This document shows positions 1-8,692 of a DNA stretch of 64,000 bases, one piece after another. The notes under the pieces were generated by a model, which was given only the letters and a program-made list of their open reading frames with translations, did not search any database and was not told the DNA's origin. A program made the position numbers and the translations under genes. Numbering within the stretch: position 1 is the first letter of the stretch; each line of letters starts with the position of its first letter. Source of the DNA: an uncultured Verrucomicrobia subdivision 3 bacterium (GTDB lineage Bacteria > Verrucomicrobiota > Verrucomicrobiia > Limisphaerales > UBA11358); NCBI GenBank assembly GCA_903889895.1, contig CAISYZ010000121.1:1143-65142 (forward strand), read 5' to 3'.

Positions 1-2166
1 CTTTTTATCGGCGATGGCCTTGTGAGTAAGATTGGCTCCGGTCATCGCGGCGTCGGCGTCGGCATCGGTTTCCGCGTTCGCGGTGATTTCCTTCAAGCCG
101 GGCTGGTCGGAATTCTTCACCGTGATTTCAAAGACCTTGACGCCATCCGCCGGCCGCGCCGAGCGCTCGGCGTCGCGCGCCTTGCCCAGGAGGAAATTCC
201 GCTCGCGTTCCTTCAACGCGTCGCGCTCGTTGATGGTGGCGGTTTTATCCGCCTGCATTTTCTGGAACTGCTCGATGTCTTGCTTGACGTAGAGGAAATC
301 CTGGTTCGTCGCAATGCGATCGTCGGAATGCGCCTTGAGCGCGGGCAGATACGGCTGGACGAAATTTAATTTCTCGTAGTTCGCCGGCTGGATGGTGTCC
401 CACGGCAGCGGGTTGTCCAAGGAGACTTCGCCCACCTGCGTGGAGTAGTTCAGCACATCCGGCAACACGATGTCCGGTTCCACGCCCTTGAGCTGCGTGG
501 ACGCGCCGCTGATGCGGTAGAATTTGCGGATGGTAATCTTGAGGTTGCCGGGATCATTTGAATTGCCATTCTCCGTCGGCAGCATGTAGGGCTTGAGCGG
601 GTTCAGGCTTTGCACCGTGCCCTTGCCGTGCGTCGAGATGTCGCCGACGATGAGCGCGCGGCCGTAATCCTGCAATGCCGCCGCGGCGATTTCCGAGGCG
701 GACGCGCTGAAGCGGTTGACCATCACCACCAGCGGCCCGGCGTAAAGCTCCGTGGGATCAGGGTCGGAATCCACCTGCACATGACCATCAGGGTCACGCG
801 CTTGCACGACCGGTCCTTCTTTAATGAACAGGCCGGTGAACTTGATGGCTTCTTCCAGCGAACCGCCGGGGTTGGTGCGCAAATCAATGATGATGCCGGA
901 AACTTTTTCCTGCTTGAGCCGCTTCACCAGTTTCGCCACGTCCACCGAAGTAGATTTCGGCGTGGTGTTGCCGTTGTCGCCCAGATTCACCGTCGCGTAA
1001 AATGACGGCAGGTCAATGATGCCGATGCGCTTGCCGCCGGGCAGCTCGACCAGCTTCGCCTTCGCCTCGGAATCTTCCAGTTTGATTTCGTCGCGGATGA
1101 GCTTCACGATCTTGCGCGCGCTGCGGTCGGCGGCGGGGCTGATGGTCAGGCGCACTTCGGTGCCTTTCGTCCCGCGAATTTGCTGGACGACTTTTTCCAA
1201 ATCCATGTCCACCACATCCACCGGCGGGGCGTTGCTCTGCGCCACGGCGATGATGCGGTCTTTTTCAAACACCTGCTTGCTTTTCGCCGCCGGCCCGCCG
1301 GGCACGAGCGAATGGATGGTGCAATAGCCGTCATCCTCGTTGAGTTGCGCACCGATGCCGAACAGCGAGAGGTTCATGCCGATGGAAAAATCTTGCGCGT
1401 GCGGCGCGCTGAAATAATCCGTGTGCGGATCGTAGGCGTGCGCCAGGCCGTTGAGATAAGCCTGCAACACCCCGTCGCTGTCCCAGTTCGTCGTCATGTG
1501 CAGGTTCCACTGGTAATGCCGTGCCAGCGTGGCGGGAATGTCCTTGGCCGCATCCGCCGGCAGCTTCACTGCAAACTCGTCATTCGTCGTGACGATTTCG
1601 CGCGAAAGTTTTTCCTGCAAATATTCATAGCGCAGCCGCTGCCGCCAGAGCGCCTTCGCCTCGTCCAAATCCTTCGGGAACGGCTCATGCCGGCGGTCGA
1701 GCATGATTTTTTCGTCCGCGCCAAACTTGAACTTCTCGTGCGCCAGCAAATCGGCGACGTAGGCATCGTGCTGCTGGATGCGGGCGGAATAACGGTCATA
1801 GACCGCGAAAGCCGGCGTGAGATCCGCCTTGCCCTGCTTGAGCGTCAAGCGATCGAGGTTCGTCCGGTAAACTTCAAAATCGGCGAGATCGCTCTGCAGA
1901 AAATTCTCGTGGCGCGGGTCCAGCGAATCAATATAGCCGTCGAAAAAGCGCTTGGACAATTCCGTGTCCAGCGGCCGTTGCAGATAGTGGAATTCCTCCA
2001 GCAACCGCGCCGCGATGAAGGCGGTGCGCGCATCGTTCGGGCCGGGCTTTAGGCTCGTCGGCGGCAGCGACGGCAAATCCGGCACGCTGGAACGGCTGGT
2101 TTCGCAGCCAACCCAGATGGCCAGCGCAATGACCGGAATCAGCAGCGCCAGGGAAAAGCGTTTCAT
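1..2166 (-). CDS. prc: Tail-specific (carboxy-terminal processing) protease, S41 family; 3' end runs off the window
   Basis: Not in the ORF track. My translation from ATG at 2166 gives MKRFSLALLIPVIALAIWVGC (lipoprotein-like), then a PDZ region (GIGAQL...GGPAAKS), DLRTNPGGSL, RFSASASEIAAAALQDYGRALIVG, THGKGTVQ and TIRKFYRISGASTQLKGVEPDI. The frame is open to base 1. Confidence 0.93.
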   Translation of the reverse strand, partial: MKRFSLALLIPVIALAIWVGCETSRSSVPDLPSLPPTSLKPGPNDARTAFIAARLLEEFHYLQRPLDTELSKRFFDGYIDSLDPRHENFLQSDLADFEVYRTNLDRLTLKQGKADLTPAFAVYDRYSARIQQHDAYVADLLAHEKFKFGADEKIMLDRRHEPFPKDLDEAKALWRQRLRYEYLQEKLSREIVTTNDEFAVKLPADAAKDIPATLARHYQWNLHMTTNWDSDGVLQAYLNGLAHAYDPHTDYFSAPHAQDFSIGMNLSLFGIGAQLNEDDGYCTIHSLVPGGPAAKSKQVFEKDRIIAVAQSNAPPVDVVDMDLEKVVQQIRGTKGTEVRLTISPAADRSARKIVKLIRDEIKLEDSEAKAKLVELPGGKRIGIIDLPSFYATVNLGDNGNTTPKSTSVDVAKLVKRLKQEKVSGIIIDLRTNPGGSLEEAIKFTGLFIKEGPVVQARDPDGHVQVDSDPDPTELYAGPLVVMVNRFSASASEIAAAALQDYGRALIVGDISTHGKGTVQSLNPLKPYMLPTENGNSNDPGNLKITIRKFYRISGASTQLKGVEPDIVLPDVLNYSTQVGEVSLDNPLPWDTIQPANYEKLNFVQPYLPALKAHSDDRIATNQDFLYVKQDIEQFQKMQADKTATINERDALKERERNFLLGKARDAERSARPADGVKVFEITVKNSDQPGLKEITANAETDADADAAMTGANLTHKAIADKK

Positions 2167-2249
2167 TTGATACATGATGGTTCGCGTAAGCACAATTGGA
2201 CTGAAGATAACCCAATCCGTTCATTGTGGAAAACAAATTGCGCGCGTTT

Positions 2250-2400
2250 CTCATTCAAACGGCGGGAGGATGACCAACCTCTTCACCGTCCACGAAAGGT
2301 CACGGACGACGAAGCCGCGTCCGGCGTGTCTGAGCCGTTCGCCTTCCGGCGGCGCGCAGCCGTTCCATGGACGGTCAGGCATGGGCGAAATATCCACGCC
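2250..2400 (-). pseudogene. Degenerate remnant of the C-terminal block of an N6/N4 DNA methyltransferase (second copy of 5385-5515)
   Basis: Minus strand reads GVDISP...PEGERLRHAGRGFVVRDLSWTVKRLVILPPFE*. DNA 2281-2360 aligns by eye with 5389-5468 (shared cggacgacgaagccgcgtccggcg). Confidence 0.7.
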
Positions 2401-2418
2401 AATCCTACGAGCGGATTT

Positions 2419-4143
2419 TTAAGTTTCGCCATATCCCTCTTCGGCGGCGGCTTGCTGTGCCCTTAGAATGTCGTGGAGCGTCAGAATTCCCATCAGCGGT
2501 TCATCCGCTTGTTCCTGGAGCAAAAGAAATCCAGTCTTGGATTCAATCAATTGCATTTCCACATCGCGCAAAGACAATTCCGGGCGGCAAACCGTGGCTT
2601 CCACCAAGACAGGCGGACGCTTTTCCCGGATTGCCAGCGTGGCTTCTTCCCGTGTCAGGACGCCGCGAATTTGTCCGTCAACCACCACCGGGAACTGGGT
2701 GTAAGGGTGGTTTTGGAGCAGGTGTTGAATTTGTTTCAACTCTAGCGAAGGGACAATCACGGGCTTGGGGTTGGCCAAGTGCGAGATCGGCTGCTTCTGC
2801 CATTCCCGCAGATCGCGGGGTGGCGCGAAGCGTTCCACGGCATGACCGTCTTGTTCCAACAGTGCGTCGTAAAAATTATGCCGCGCCAGACGCCGGCTGA
2901 TGGCCTGGCTGACTAATGCCGCCAACATCAACGGTGGCACCAGGGCAAATTGATGCGTCATTTCAAACACAATTAAAATGCTGGTCACCGGCGCACGCAC
3001 CACCGCGCCCAAGGTTGCGCTCATGCTGACGATGGTGAGCATGGCCACACCTTCCGGTGACAATCCAAAAACCGGCTGAAGAATGCCCGCGATGCCCAAC
3101 CCGGTCATGGCACCGAAGAATAATGTCGGCGAAAAAATACCGCCACATCCGCCCATGCCGTAACAGGCCACGGTGGCCACAAATTTTGCCGCCAGCAGCA
3201 GCGCCGCCGTCTGCCAGATTAATTTGCCGGTGAGCGCCTCGGACAAATCATCGTAACCCAAGCCAAACACGCCGAGCTTGCCGGTATAGCGAAAGACCGC
3301 CACGCCCAGCACCCAGCAAATCAAGGCACCGATGGCAGGTCGCAGCCACGCTGGAACTGCGCTTAATTTCTTTTGGCGGGCGCGCAGCCCGAGCGCCGAT
3401 TTTTGAAATGCCACGCCCACGAGCGTTCCTACCGCCGCCACCACCGGCACCAGCAAATAGGAATACCACGAGGGTTCGCCGATCGCCGCGAGTGAAAACG
3501 AAGGCTGCGGCCCGATGATGCCATGCGCCACCAGCGCGCCAATCATGGCACCGAGCAGCACGCTGCCGAGCAGACGGCTGTTCAAGTCGCCAATCAATTC
3601 CTCCAAAACAAACGTGACGCCGGCCAGCGGTGTGTTGAAGGCGGCGGCCAGACCGGCGGCGGCACCGGTGGCGGCGGCCAGTCGGCGTTTTTGTTTGGGT
3701 TCACCTGCCACGCCCGCCAGCAGTGAGCCGGCTGTGCCTGCCAGTTGCACACATGGACCTTCGCGGCCCAGGCTGCTGCCGCCGCCGATTTGCAGCGTGC
3801 CCGCGAGAAATTTCACCCACAGGACGCGGAAGGGCACAAAGCCGAAATTTTTCCAGAATGCCGCCTTCAACTGCGGAATGCCGCTGCCGGCGGCCTCCGT
3901 GCAAAACGAATTGAGCAGCCAGCCGGAAATCAATGACGTCCCAACAATCAGCCCCAAGCTGCTCCACAGAAAGGTGGTGAACGAACATTGCGAAAGCCGC
4001 ACGATGCCGGCACGATAACAGCCGTTCAAGGCCAGCTGAAAGGCCACCGCCACCAGTCCGGCCACAAAGCCATACGCGCACGTTTTGAGAATCGTGCGCG
4101 GTCGTTCCGGCAATTTTGCCAGCCATTCAACCAAAAATTTCAC
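2419..4143 (-). CDS. ClC-family chloride channel / H+/Cl- antiporter with two C-terminal CBS domains
   Basis: ClC signatures GSGIP, GREGP and GGIFSP, many TM helices, and a CBS pair at the C-terminus. Confidence 0.93.
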   Translation of the reverse strand: MKFLVEWLAKLPERPRTILKTCAYGFVAGLVAVAFQLALNGCYRAGIVRLSQCSFTTFLWSSLGLIVGTSLISGWLLNSFCTEAAGSGIPQLKAAFWKNFGFVPFRVLWVKFLAGTLQIGGGSSLGREGPCVQLAGTAGSLLAGVAGEPKQKRRLAAATGAAAGLAAAFNTPLAGVTFVLEELIGDLNSRLLGSVLLGAMIGALVAHGIIGPQPSFSLAAIGEPSWYSYLLVPVVAAVGTLVGVAFQKSALGLRARQKKLSAVPAWLRPAIGALICWVLGVAVFRYTGKLGVFGLGYDDLSEALTGKLIWQTAALLLAAKFVATVACYGMGGCGGIFSPTLFFGAMTGLGIAGILQPVFGLSPEGVAMLTIVSMSATLGAVVRAPVTSILIVFEMTHQFALVPPLMLAALVSQAISRRLARHNFYDALLEQDGHAVERFAPPRDLREWQKQPISHLANPKPVIVPSLELKQIQHLLQNHPYTQFPVVVDGQIRGVLTREEATLAIREKRPPVLVEATVCRPELSLRDVEMQLIESKTGFLLLQEQADEPLMGILTLHDILRAQQAAAEEGYGET

Positions 4144-4180
4144 ACGCCATTATGTCTCGAAAATTGGTTTAAGGAAAGTT

Positions 4181-4822
4181 TCAACCCTCGCGCATCCACA
4201 AATCTGCGTGGGCAAAGCCGAAGTTAAAAAGCCGGCGGTCGGACAGCTTAAAACCAGCATTCGCTAAAAATTTATCTGGTGGCGTGAGCCAGCTTGCCGA
4301 CAGCGAGGTCATGAGTTTGAAAAACAAATAGAGCGAAGCGAGAATTGCACCCGCCCGCCAGCGTCGCCAACCTGCTTCGGGCACGCGAAAATCGGCCAGC
4401 AGCCAGATGGCATCGTCGGTCGCGCTTTCGGCCAGTTGCGGAATGAGTTTTTGAAGTTGCTCGGAACGAAAGCAGTCGAGAAAAAAGTTGGTGACCACCA
4501 AATCAAACTTTCCCGGCGGCGATGTCCAGCGCAGCGCATCCATTTGCTGGAAGCTGACGCGCGATACATCCAATTGTTCCCGAGCCAGGCGTTGCTGCGC
4601 CTGTTGAATCATGCCTGCGCATTGCTCGACGCAGGTGATTTGAATTCGCGGATTTACGCGCAACAGTTCCACCAGAAATTTCCCCGTGCCTTCACCAATC
4701 AGCAAGGCGTGGCGGCGGTCTTTTGTGTGGGCTAAAAAAGTTGTCCGACAGCGTTGCATCAGCCCGCCGGCAAAAATTTTTTCCATCCAGTGATAATGCG
4801 CGGCAAGACGGTCAAAGCTCAT
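4181..4822 (-). CDS. Class I SAM-dependent methyltransferase
   Basis: Probable start MSFDRLAAHY at 4822, overlapping the stop of the upstream gene. Motif I ALLIGEGTG; FDLVVTNFFLDCF. Confidence 0.85.
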   Translation of the reverse strand: MSFDRLAAHYHWMEKIFAGGLMQRCRTTFLAHTKDRRHALLIGEGTGKFLVELLRVNPRIQITCVEQCAGMIQQAQQRLAREQLDVSRVSFQQMDALRWTSPPGKFDLVVTNFFLDCFRSEQLQKLIPQLAESATDDAIWLLADFRVPEAGWRRWRAGAILASLYLFFKLMTSLSASWLTPPDKFLANAGFKLSDRRLFNFGFAHADLWMREG

Positions 4823-5234
4823 GCTGGCGCTGAATGGTTTTTTTAGCTGGGCGATTCCACCATAGGCAAGCCGCGCAGCCGCCAGCGGCGAAAAATAAAA
4901 CATCCCACGGATCAGCGACACCGATGTGGTAAAAAAACGGGCCGACGATTTTGCACATCACCGACCAGATGGCGAGGTGCGCAAACATCTCCGGCCAGGT
5001 GGGCAACCGGTCATGTTTCCGCAATCCCAGCAGCCGTTGAATCCACAGCACCACCGGCAGGGCGGCGGGCATCAGCAACAAATCATCGAAATGCGAATGC
5101 AAAAACGGCCACGCCCAAGGCAGATGCGCGTGAATAAATCCGGCCAGATGCGGCCGGACGACCAGCCGGTTGACGGCATAAGCCGCCAGGGAAAAACCGA
5201 ACAACCGGTCATGCAAATAACCAAATCGGCTCAT
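4812..5234 (-). CDS. Hypothetical membrane protein (3-4 TM helices)
   Basis: Hydrophobic 140-aa ORF with HFDDLLLMP and ADPWDVLFFAAGG motifs, overlapping the start of the methyltransferase. Confidence 0.7.
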   Translation of the reverse strand: MSRFGYLHDRLFGFSLAAYAVNRLVVRPHLAGFIHAHLPWAWPFLHSHFDDLLLMPAALPVVLWIQRLLGLRKHDRLPTWPEMFAHLAIWSVMCKIVGPFFYHIGVADPWDVLFFAAGGCAACLWWNRPAKKTIQRQHEL

Positions 5235-5384
5235 AATGCCAGCAGCACCCAGCCGGTGGATATCGCCAGTAGAGTTTTGATTAATAAAATCACAGCCCGT
5301 TCATGCTACCCACGACCGCAAGATGCGCCAGAAAGTTTTTAGGCTCTCAATTTTTTCTCATAGCCCCAATAATAAATGAGGTGC

Positions 5385-5515
5385 AGCTTCTCCACCGTCC
5401 ACGGCAGGTCGCGGACGACGAAGCCGCGTCCGGCGCGCCAGAGCGGTTCGCTTTCCGGCAACGCGCAGACATCTCGCAGGCGTTTGGCCATGACGCGGCA
5501 GGTTTCGCCGAAAAT
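5385..5515 (-). pseudogene. Remnant of the C-terminal block of an N6/N4 DNA methyltransferase
   Basis: Reads IFGETCRVMAKRLRDVCALPESEPLWRAGRGFVVRDLPWTVEKL. I recall this as the segment after the GIDISP motif in the MTase family whose N-terminal part lies at 7635-8099. Confidence 0.7.
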
Positions 5516-5544
5516 GCCAGAGTTCCAGTAATGCGAGTTCGCCA

Positions 5545-6627
5545 TTATTTCCCAGCCTTTTCCCTGTTGTGCTCTTTGCAAAGCATCTCGCAATTTTCAG
5601 GAATGGTCTTGCCGCCATCGTGCCACGGTTTTTTATGGTCGCCTTCCATTTCCTCAAACTTCCATTTCTTTTTTTCTTTGCACTTTGGACAAATTCCCTT
5701 TTGCCTTTCCCATGCCTCACGCTTTTGCTTGTCAGTAAAGGCACGAATGTTCAGGAACTTTTCCTTCCCATTTAGGACATAGGTGTAAATGCCTTTCTTG
5801 TTCGTCACATCCTCATCTTCCATCAACGTTGAGATTCTCTTTTCCAGCTTCTCAGGGTCAGGTTTTTCGTCCTTGTGCACATTGTAGAGACGGCCAAAGG
5901 GCACGCCCTTCATTTCACTACGATACTCTGGAAAGATAGTTTTGACCCATTTGATGACCACTTGAAAATACTGCCACAATTCTTTGGCGTCCTTGTGATC
6001 CTGATGGTCGGACATGTAGCCCTTGATGTCCCCGTTGGAAATCCAGTCAATAACCGTTTCTAAAAATTCCTGTCGAATCGCGACGCCGCTGAGATAGTCG
6101 TCGCCTAACTTTGGGCGATTAGCTTTGGAGAAATACCTTTTAGCATCCGTAACCCATGTCCCTGAGTAAACCGCATTTTTCAATTCTTGGGGTGTCAATT
6201 CTTCGCCAGAAATGTTGATTGTCTCGAACCAGTCCAACCGTTCGCTGTCCGTTCCTGAGCACAGATAAATCGTTAACTTGTAGTCCAAAATCTGTTTCTG
6301 CTCGTCGCCTTGAAGGTTGTGGAACTTCAGACCCTTAATCGAAAAATCCTTGTTCACATACCTACATATCGAAACTGTGCGTTGCTGCCCGTCAATAATC
6401 TCAAAATTGCCATCTGCGCGCACTGACCAATACATGACATTCAAGGGATAGTCCTGTCTGACGGTGTTGATAACAGCGTCTCGCTGCTTGTCCTTGTAAA
6501 TGAACTCGCGCTGATAGGGCGGGCGGATGTCGAGTTTGCCCCCGTAACCGCGAACGCCCTCTTCCTGCTTGTCCTCGTAACCCTTTGTCAGTTCGCGAAT
6601 AGTCAGTTGTAATGGCTGGATTTTCAT
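5545..6627 (-). CDS. DUF262 (GmrS/ParB-like) plus C-terminal HNH endonuclease; putative restriction enzyme
   Basis: DUF262 motifs PPYQREFIY, IIDGQQRT and FETIN; HNH/Zn motif CPKC...EGDHKKPWHDGGKT...NCEMLCKEHN. Start overlaps the MTase stop (ATGA). Lower GC than the flanks. Confidence 0.9.
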   Translation of the reverse strand: MKIQPLQLTIRELTKGYEDKQEEGVRGYGGKLDIRPPYQREFIYKDKQRDAVINTVRQDYPLNVMYWSVRADGNFEIIDGQQRTVSICRYVNKDFSIKGLKFHNLQGDEQKQILDYKLTIYLCSGTDSERLDWFETINISGEELTPQELKNAVYSGTWVTDAKRYFSKANRPKLGDDYLSGVAIRQEFLETVIDWISNGDIKGYMSDHQDHKDAKELWQYFQVVIKWVKTIFPEYRSEMKGVPFGRLYNVHKDEKPDPEKLEKRISTLMEDEDVTNKKGIYTYVLNGKEKFLNIRAFTDKQKREAWERQKGICPKCKEKKKWKFEEMEGDHKKPWHDGGKTIPENCEMLCKEHNREKAGK

Positions 6628-7625
6628 TTTGGTCGTTCTGGATTTTTGTTTCGGATGAATAGGCGTTTGAAAGTTTCCTTGCCATTCAGATAAGAGCCAC
6701 GCCCATAAACCCCGTTCGGGTCTTGATCAACACCACGGTTGCAACCGAGAATCTCGAATTGTTCGGGGTTATACCTATCGAGAAATGTCACGGGCACGCC
6801 CATCACACCGTCGTAGTCAATCGGAATGTCCGCAGTTTTTGACACTTCAATTGCGTCGTAGTTGTCATATTTCGGATAATCTTTGCGATTGTAATTTTTA
6901 AACAAAATCAAATCCTCGTGACGCTTCTTGTTATCAATGTTCGTGAACCAGCAAGTTGTGTTCGTGGAAATGACTCGTTGCCCATTCTCCATACGAGCCT
7001 CAGTCCCACTCAAAGGGTAATGCTCGGGGACGATGAATCCTGAAAAATTGCGGTTACTGTTTACACCAATCCAAAGCTTGTTTTCCTTAATCAGCTTGAA
7101 AACTTCTATGTAGGTTATCACGTTCCAACTGCCGACAATTAGGAATTTCTTCTTGTGCGCCGCAAGTTGCGAAACATATTCCCTGAACAACGAAAAGGGC
7201 GGGTTGGTAACAACAATGTCGGATTGCTTAAGCAACTCAATGCACTCTTGGCTGCGAAAATCTCCGTCGCCCTTCAATTGTTTAATGTCCTTGTCCTTAT
7301 ACTTTGGAACGTTGCCGCCTTCGTCGCCGGTGTATTCCAAGTAAATTGCCCGTTCAACTTTGTGGCGGCTGAACAAATCCGCATCTTGATTCTTGTAGCA
7401 GGTCGTTATCAGTTTCTTCAAACCCAACTCCGCAAAGTTGTATGAAAAATAGTGGAAGAAATTACTTTTGCGAGGGTCGTCACAATTGCAAAACACGGTT
7501 TTCTTTTTGAAGTGCTTAACGTAGTGCGTCAGTTCTCTTTCGATGTCGGCAAGGATCGTGTAGAACTCGTCGTTCTTATCGCTTTTCGCCTTGTTCAAAA
7601 GCTTGTTGGTTGCGTTTCTTGCCAT
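6624..7625 (-). CDS. Adenine-specific DNA methyltransferase, EcoRI family
   Basis: N-terminus MARNATNKLLNKAKSDKNDEFYT...CNCDDP...SNFF closely resembles M.EcoRI; GDGDFRS and the catalytic TNPPFS are present. Confidence 0.93.
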   Translation of the reverse strand: MARNATNKLLNKAKSDKNDEFYTILADIERELTHYVKHFKKKTVFCNCDDPRKSNFFHYFSYNFAELGLKKLITTCYKNQDADLFSRHKVERAIYLEYTGDEGGNVPKYKDKDIKQLKGDGDFRSQECIELLKQSDIVVTNPPFSLFREYVSQLAAHKKKFLIVGSWNVITYIEVFKLIKENKLWIGVNSNRNFSGFIVPEHYPLSGTEARMENGQRVISTNTTCWFTNIDNKKRHEDLILFKNYNRKDYPKYDNYDAIEVSKTADIPIDYDGVMGVPVTFLDRYNPEQFEILGCNRGVDQDPNGVYGRGSYLNGKETFKRLFIRNKNPERPK

Positions 7626-7634
7626 TTTATTTGA

Positions 7635-8099
7635 TCAGTTAAAAAAATTATTTTCGCCGAAAATCCGTTCGAGCACAACCTTGACGTAGTGGCTGGCGTG
7701 CCAGTCGCAGTGGTAATAAAAGCTGCCGGTCTTTTTGAGGACGCGGGCGAGTTGCACGCAGCGCGGGCGCAGGTAGTCAATGTAAGCCCTGGTGTTCTCG
7801 TGGCGGTCTTCAAAGGCGCGCTTCTCCTTGGTCTCGCCCCAGACTGTGCCAGTCCGGCACGGACCGCCGCAATAAACCACGCGGGTGTCGAGGAGGCTGC
7901 CGGGCTTTGCCGGTTTGGTGGTGGTAGGGCGGCGTTGCTGCGCCGCCTTCCCTTCGCCCCGGCTGACCGGCAGGTCAGCCCTACCAGCGGAGGCTGGAGA
8001 AGTTTTCGCGCCGGAAAGCTTTTTGGCCATGCGCGGAAGTTTGCGCGGGAATATTTGCGGCGTCAATTCGGAGTTGGCCGGTTCGGCATTGTTCGGCAC
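7635..8099 (-). pseudogene. N-terminal remnant of an N6/N4 DNA methyltransferase lacking its catalytic DPP(F/Y) segment
   Basis: DTRVVYCG is followed almost directly by WGETKEKRAFEDRH...LARVLKKTGSFYYHCDWHASHYVKVVLERIFGENNF*. The expected D(L/V)IYIDPPF stretch is missing and the gene stops where the EcoRI-like cassette starts. Likely start MAKKL near 8030. Confidence 0.75.
7923..7985. repeat. GTAG-type REP doublet (REPIN-like), 63 bp, inserted in frame
   Basis: Outer inverted arms GGTAGGGC...GCCCTACC with two internal hairpins (ggcggcg-ttgctg-cgccgcc and ggctgacc-ggca-ggtcagcc). Confidence 0.7.
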
Positions 8100-8219
8100 T
8101 TGGTTGCTTGGACGGTTTAAACCGGTATTTATGTCTCAAATCCAAACAAAAGTGTCCTGCGCCTGCTTTATTTCAGGACGCCGCCAGATCGGGCGGAGCT
8201 GGGGTTCTTGGTTGCCGCC

Positions 8220-8534
8220 ATTTCCCAATATATAGATGGCATTTCCCAAACCTTCGGCGTCGTTCCGCAATATTGCGACACGGTTTCGCAACCTTGGGAA
8301 ATGATTTCCCAATATTGGGAAATCATTTTGAGATATTGCGAAAGGCCGCCAACCCCTTGGGTTGGCAACTTTAACCTTAAAAACCAACCTTCCCCACCCT
8401 GCCCCGGCTCTCCGCAATATTGCGAAATCATTTCGCAATATTGGGAAATGGTTTTGTAACCTTGGGAAATCGTTTCCCAAGGTTGGGAAATGCCGCCGAG
8501 ATATTGCGCCGCGACTTCGTTAGTTTGGGAAACT
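8220..8534. repeat. Tandem array of 21-bp units (15 positions in phase), consensus ATTTCSCAATATTGSGAAAT+1; each unit a 20-bp palindrome
   Basis: Units read directly: 8262 gttccgcaatattgcgacacg, 8283 gtttcgcaaccttgggaaatg, 8304 atttcccaatattgggaaatc, 8409 tctccgcaatattgcgaaatc, 8430 atttcgcaatattgggaaatg, 8472 gtttcccaaggttgggaaatg. Phase is kept across a degenerate 63-bp middle (8346-8408). Confidence 0.92.
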
Positions 8535-8692
8535 CCAGCCACGGACCGCCCCGCCCCGGTCAATTTTTCGGATTTTTTTTAGCGGCGTTAATCCACTTCA
8601 TCAGTATAAGTTATTATAATCAGTTGGTATGACTTAAGCTTATGTCCCACCGTCGGTAAAAAATAATAACAAACGAACAGAAAGAAAAAATC

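Noticed and set aside
1180-2052. 290-aa plus-strand ORF and other short ORFs in 22-2254
   Set aside because: Antisense or alternate-frame shadows of prc, which the ORF track missed because it runs off the window.
5339-5593. 84-aa ORF as a real gene
   Set aside because: A chimera of the HNH gene's 3' end in another frame and the MTase C-block remnant; treated as a pseudogene fragment.
2250-8099. Classical integron
   Set aside because: No intI-like tyrosine recombinase, and the inter-cassette repeats are MTase coding fragments rather than attC sites with RYYYAAC/GTTRRRY ends.
8220-8534. CRISPR array or TIGR array interpretation of 21-bp array 1
   Set aside because: Units abut with no unique spacers, the period is too short, and I see no cas or Nop-domain gene in the window.
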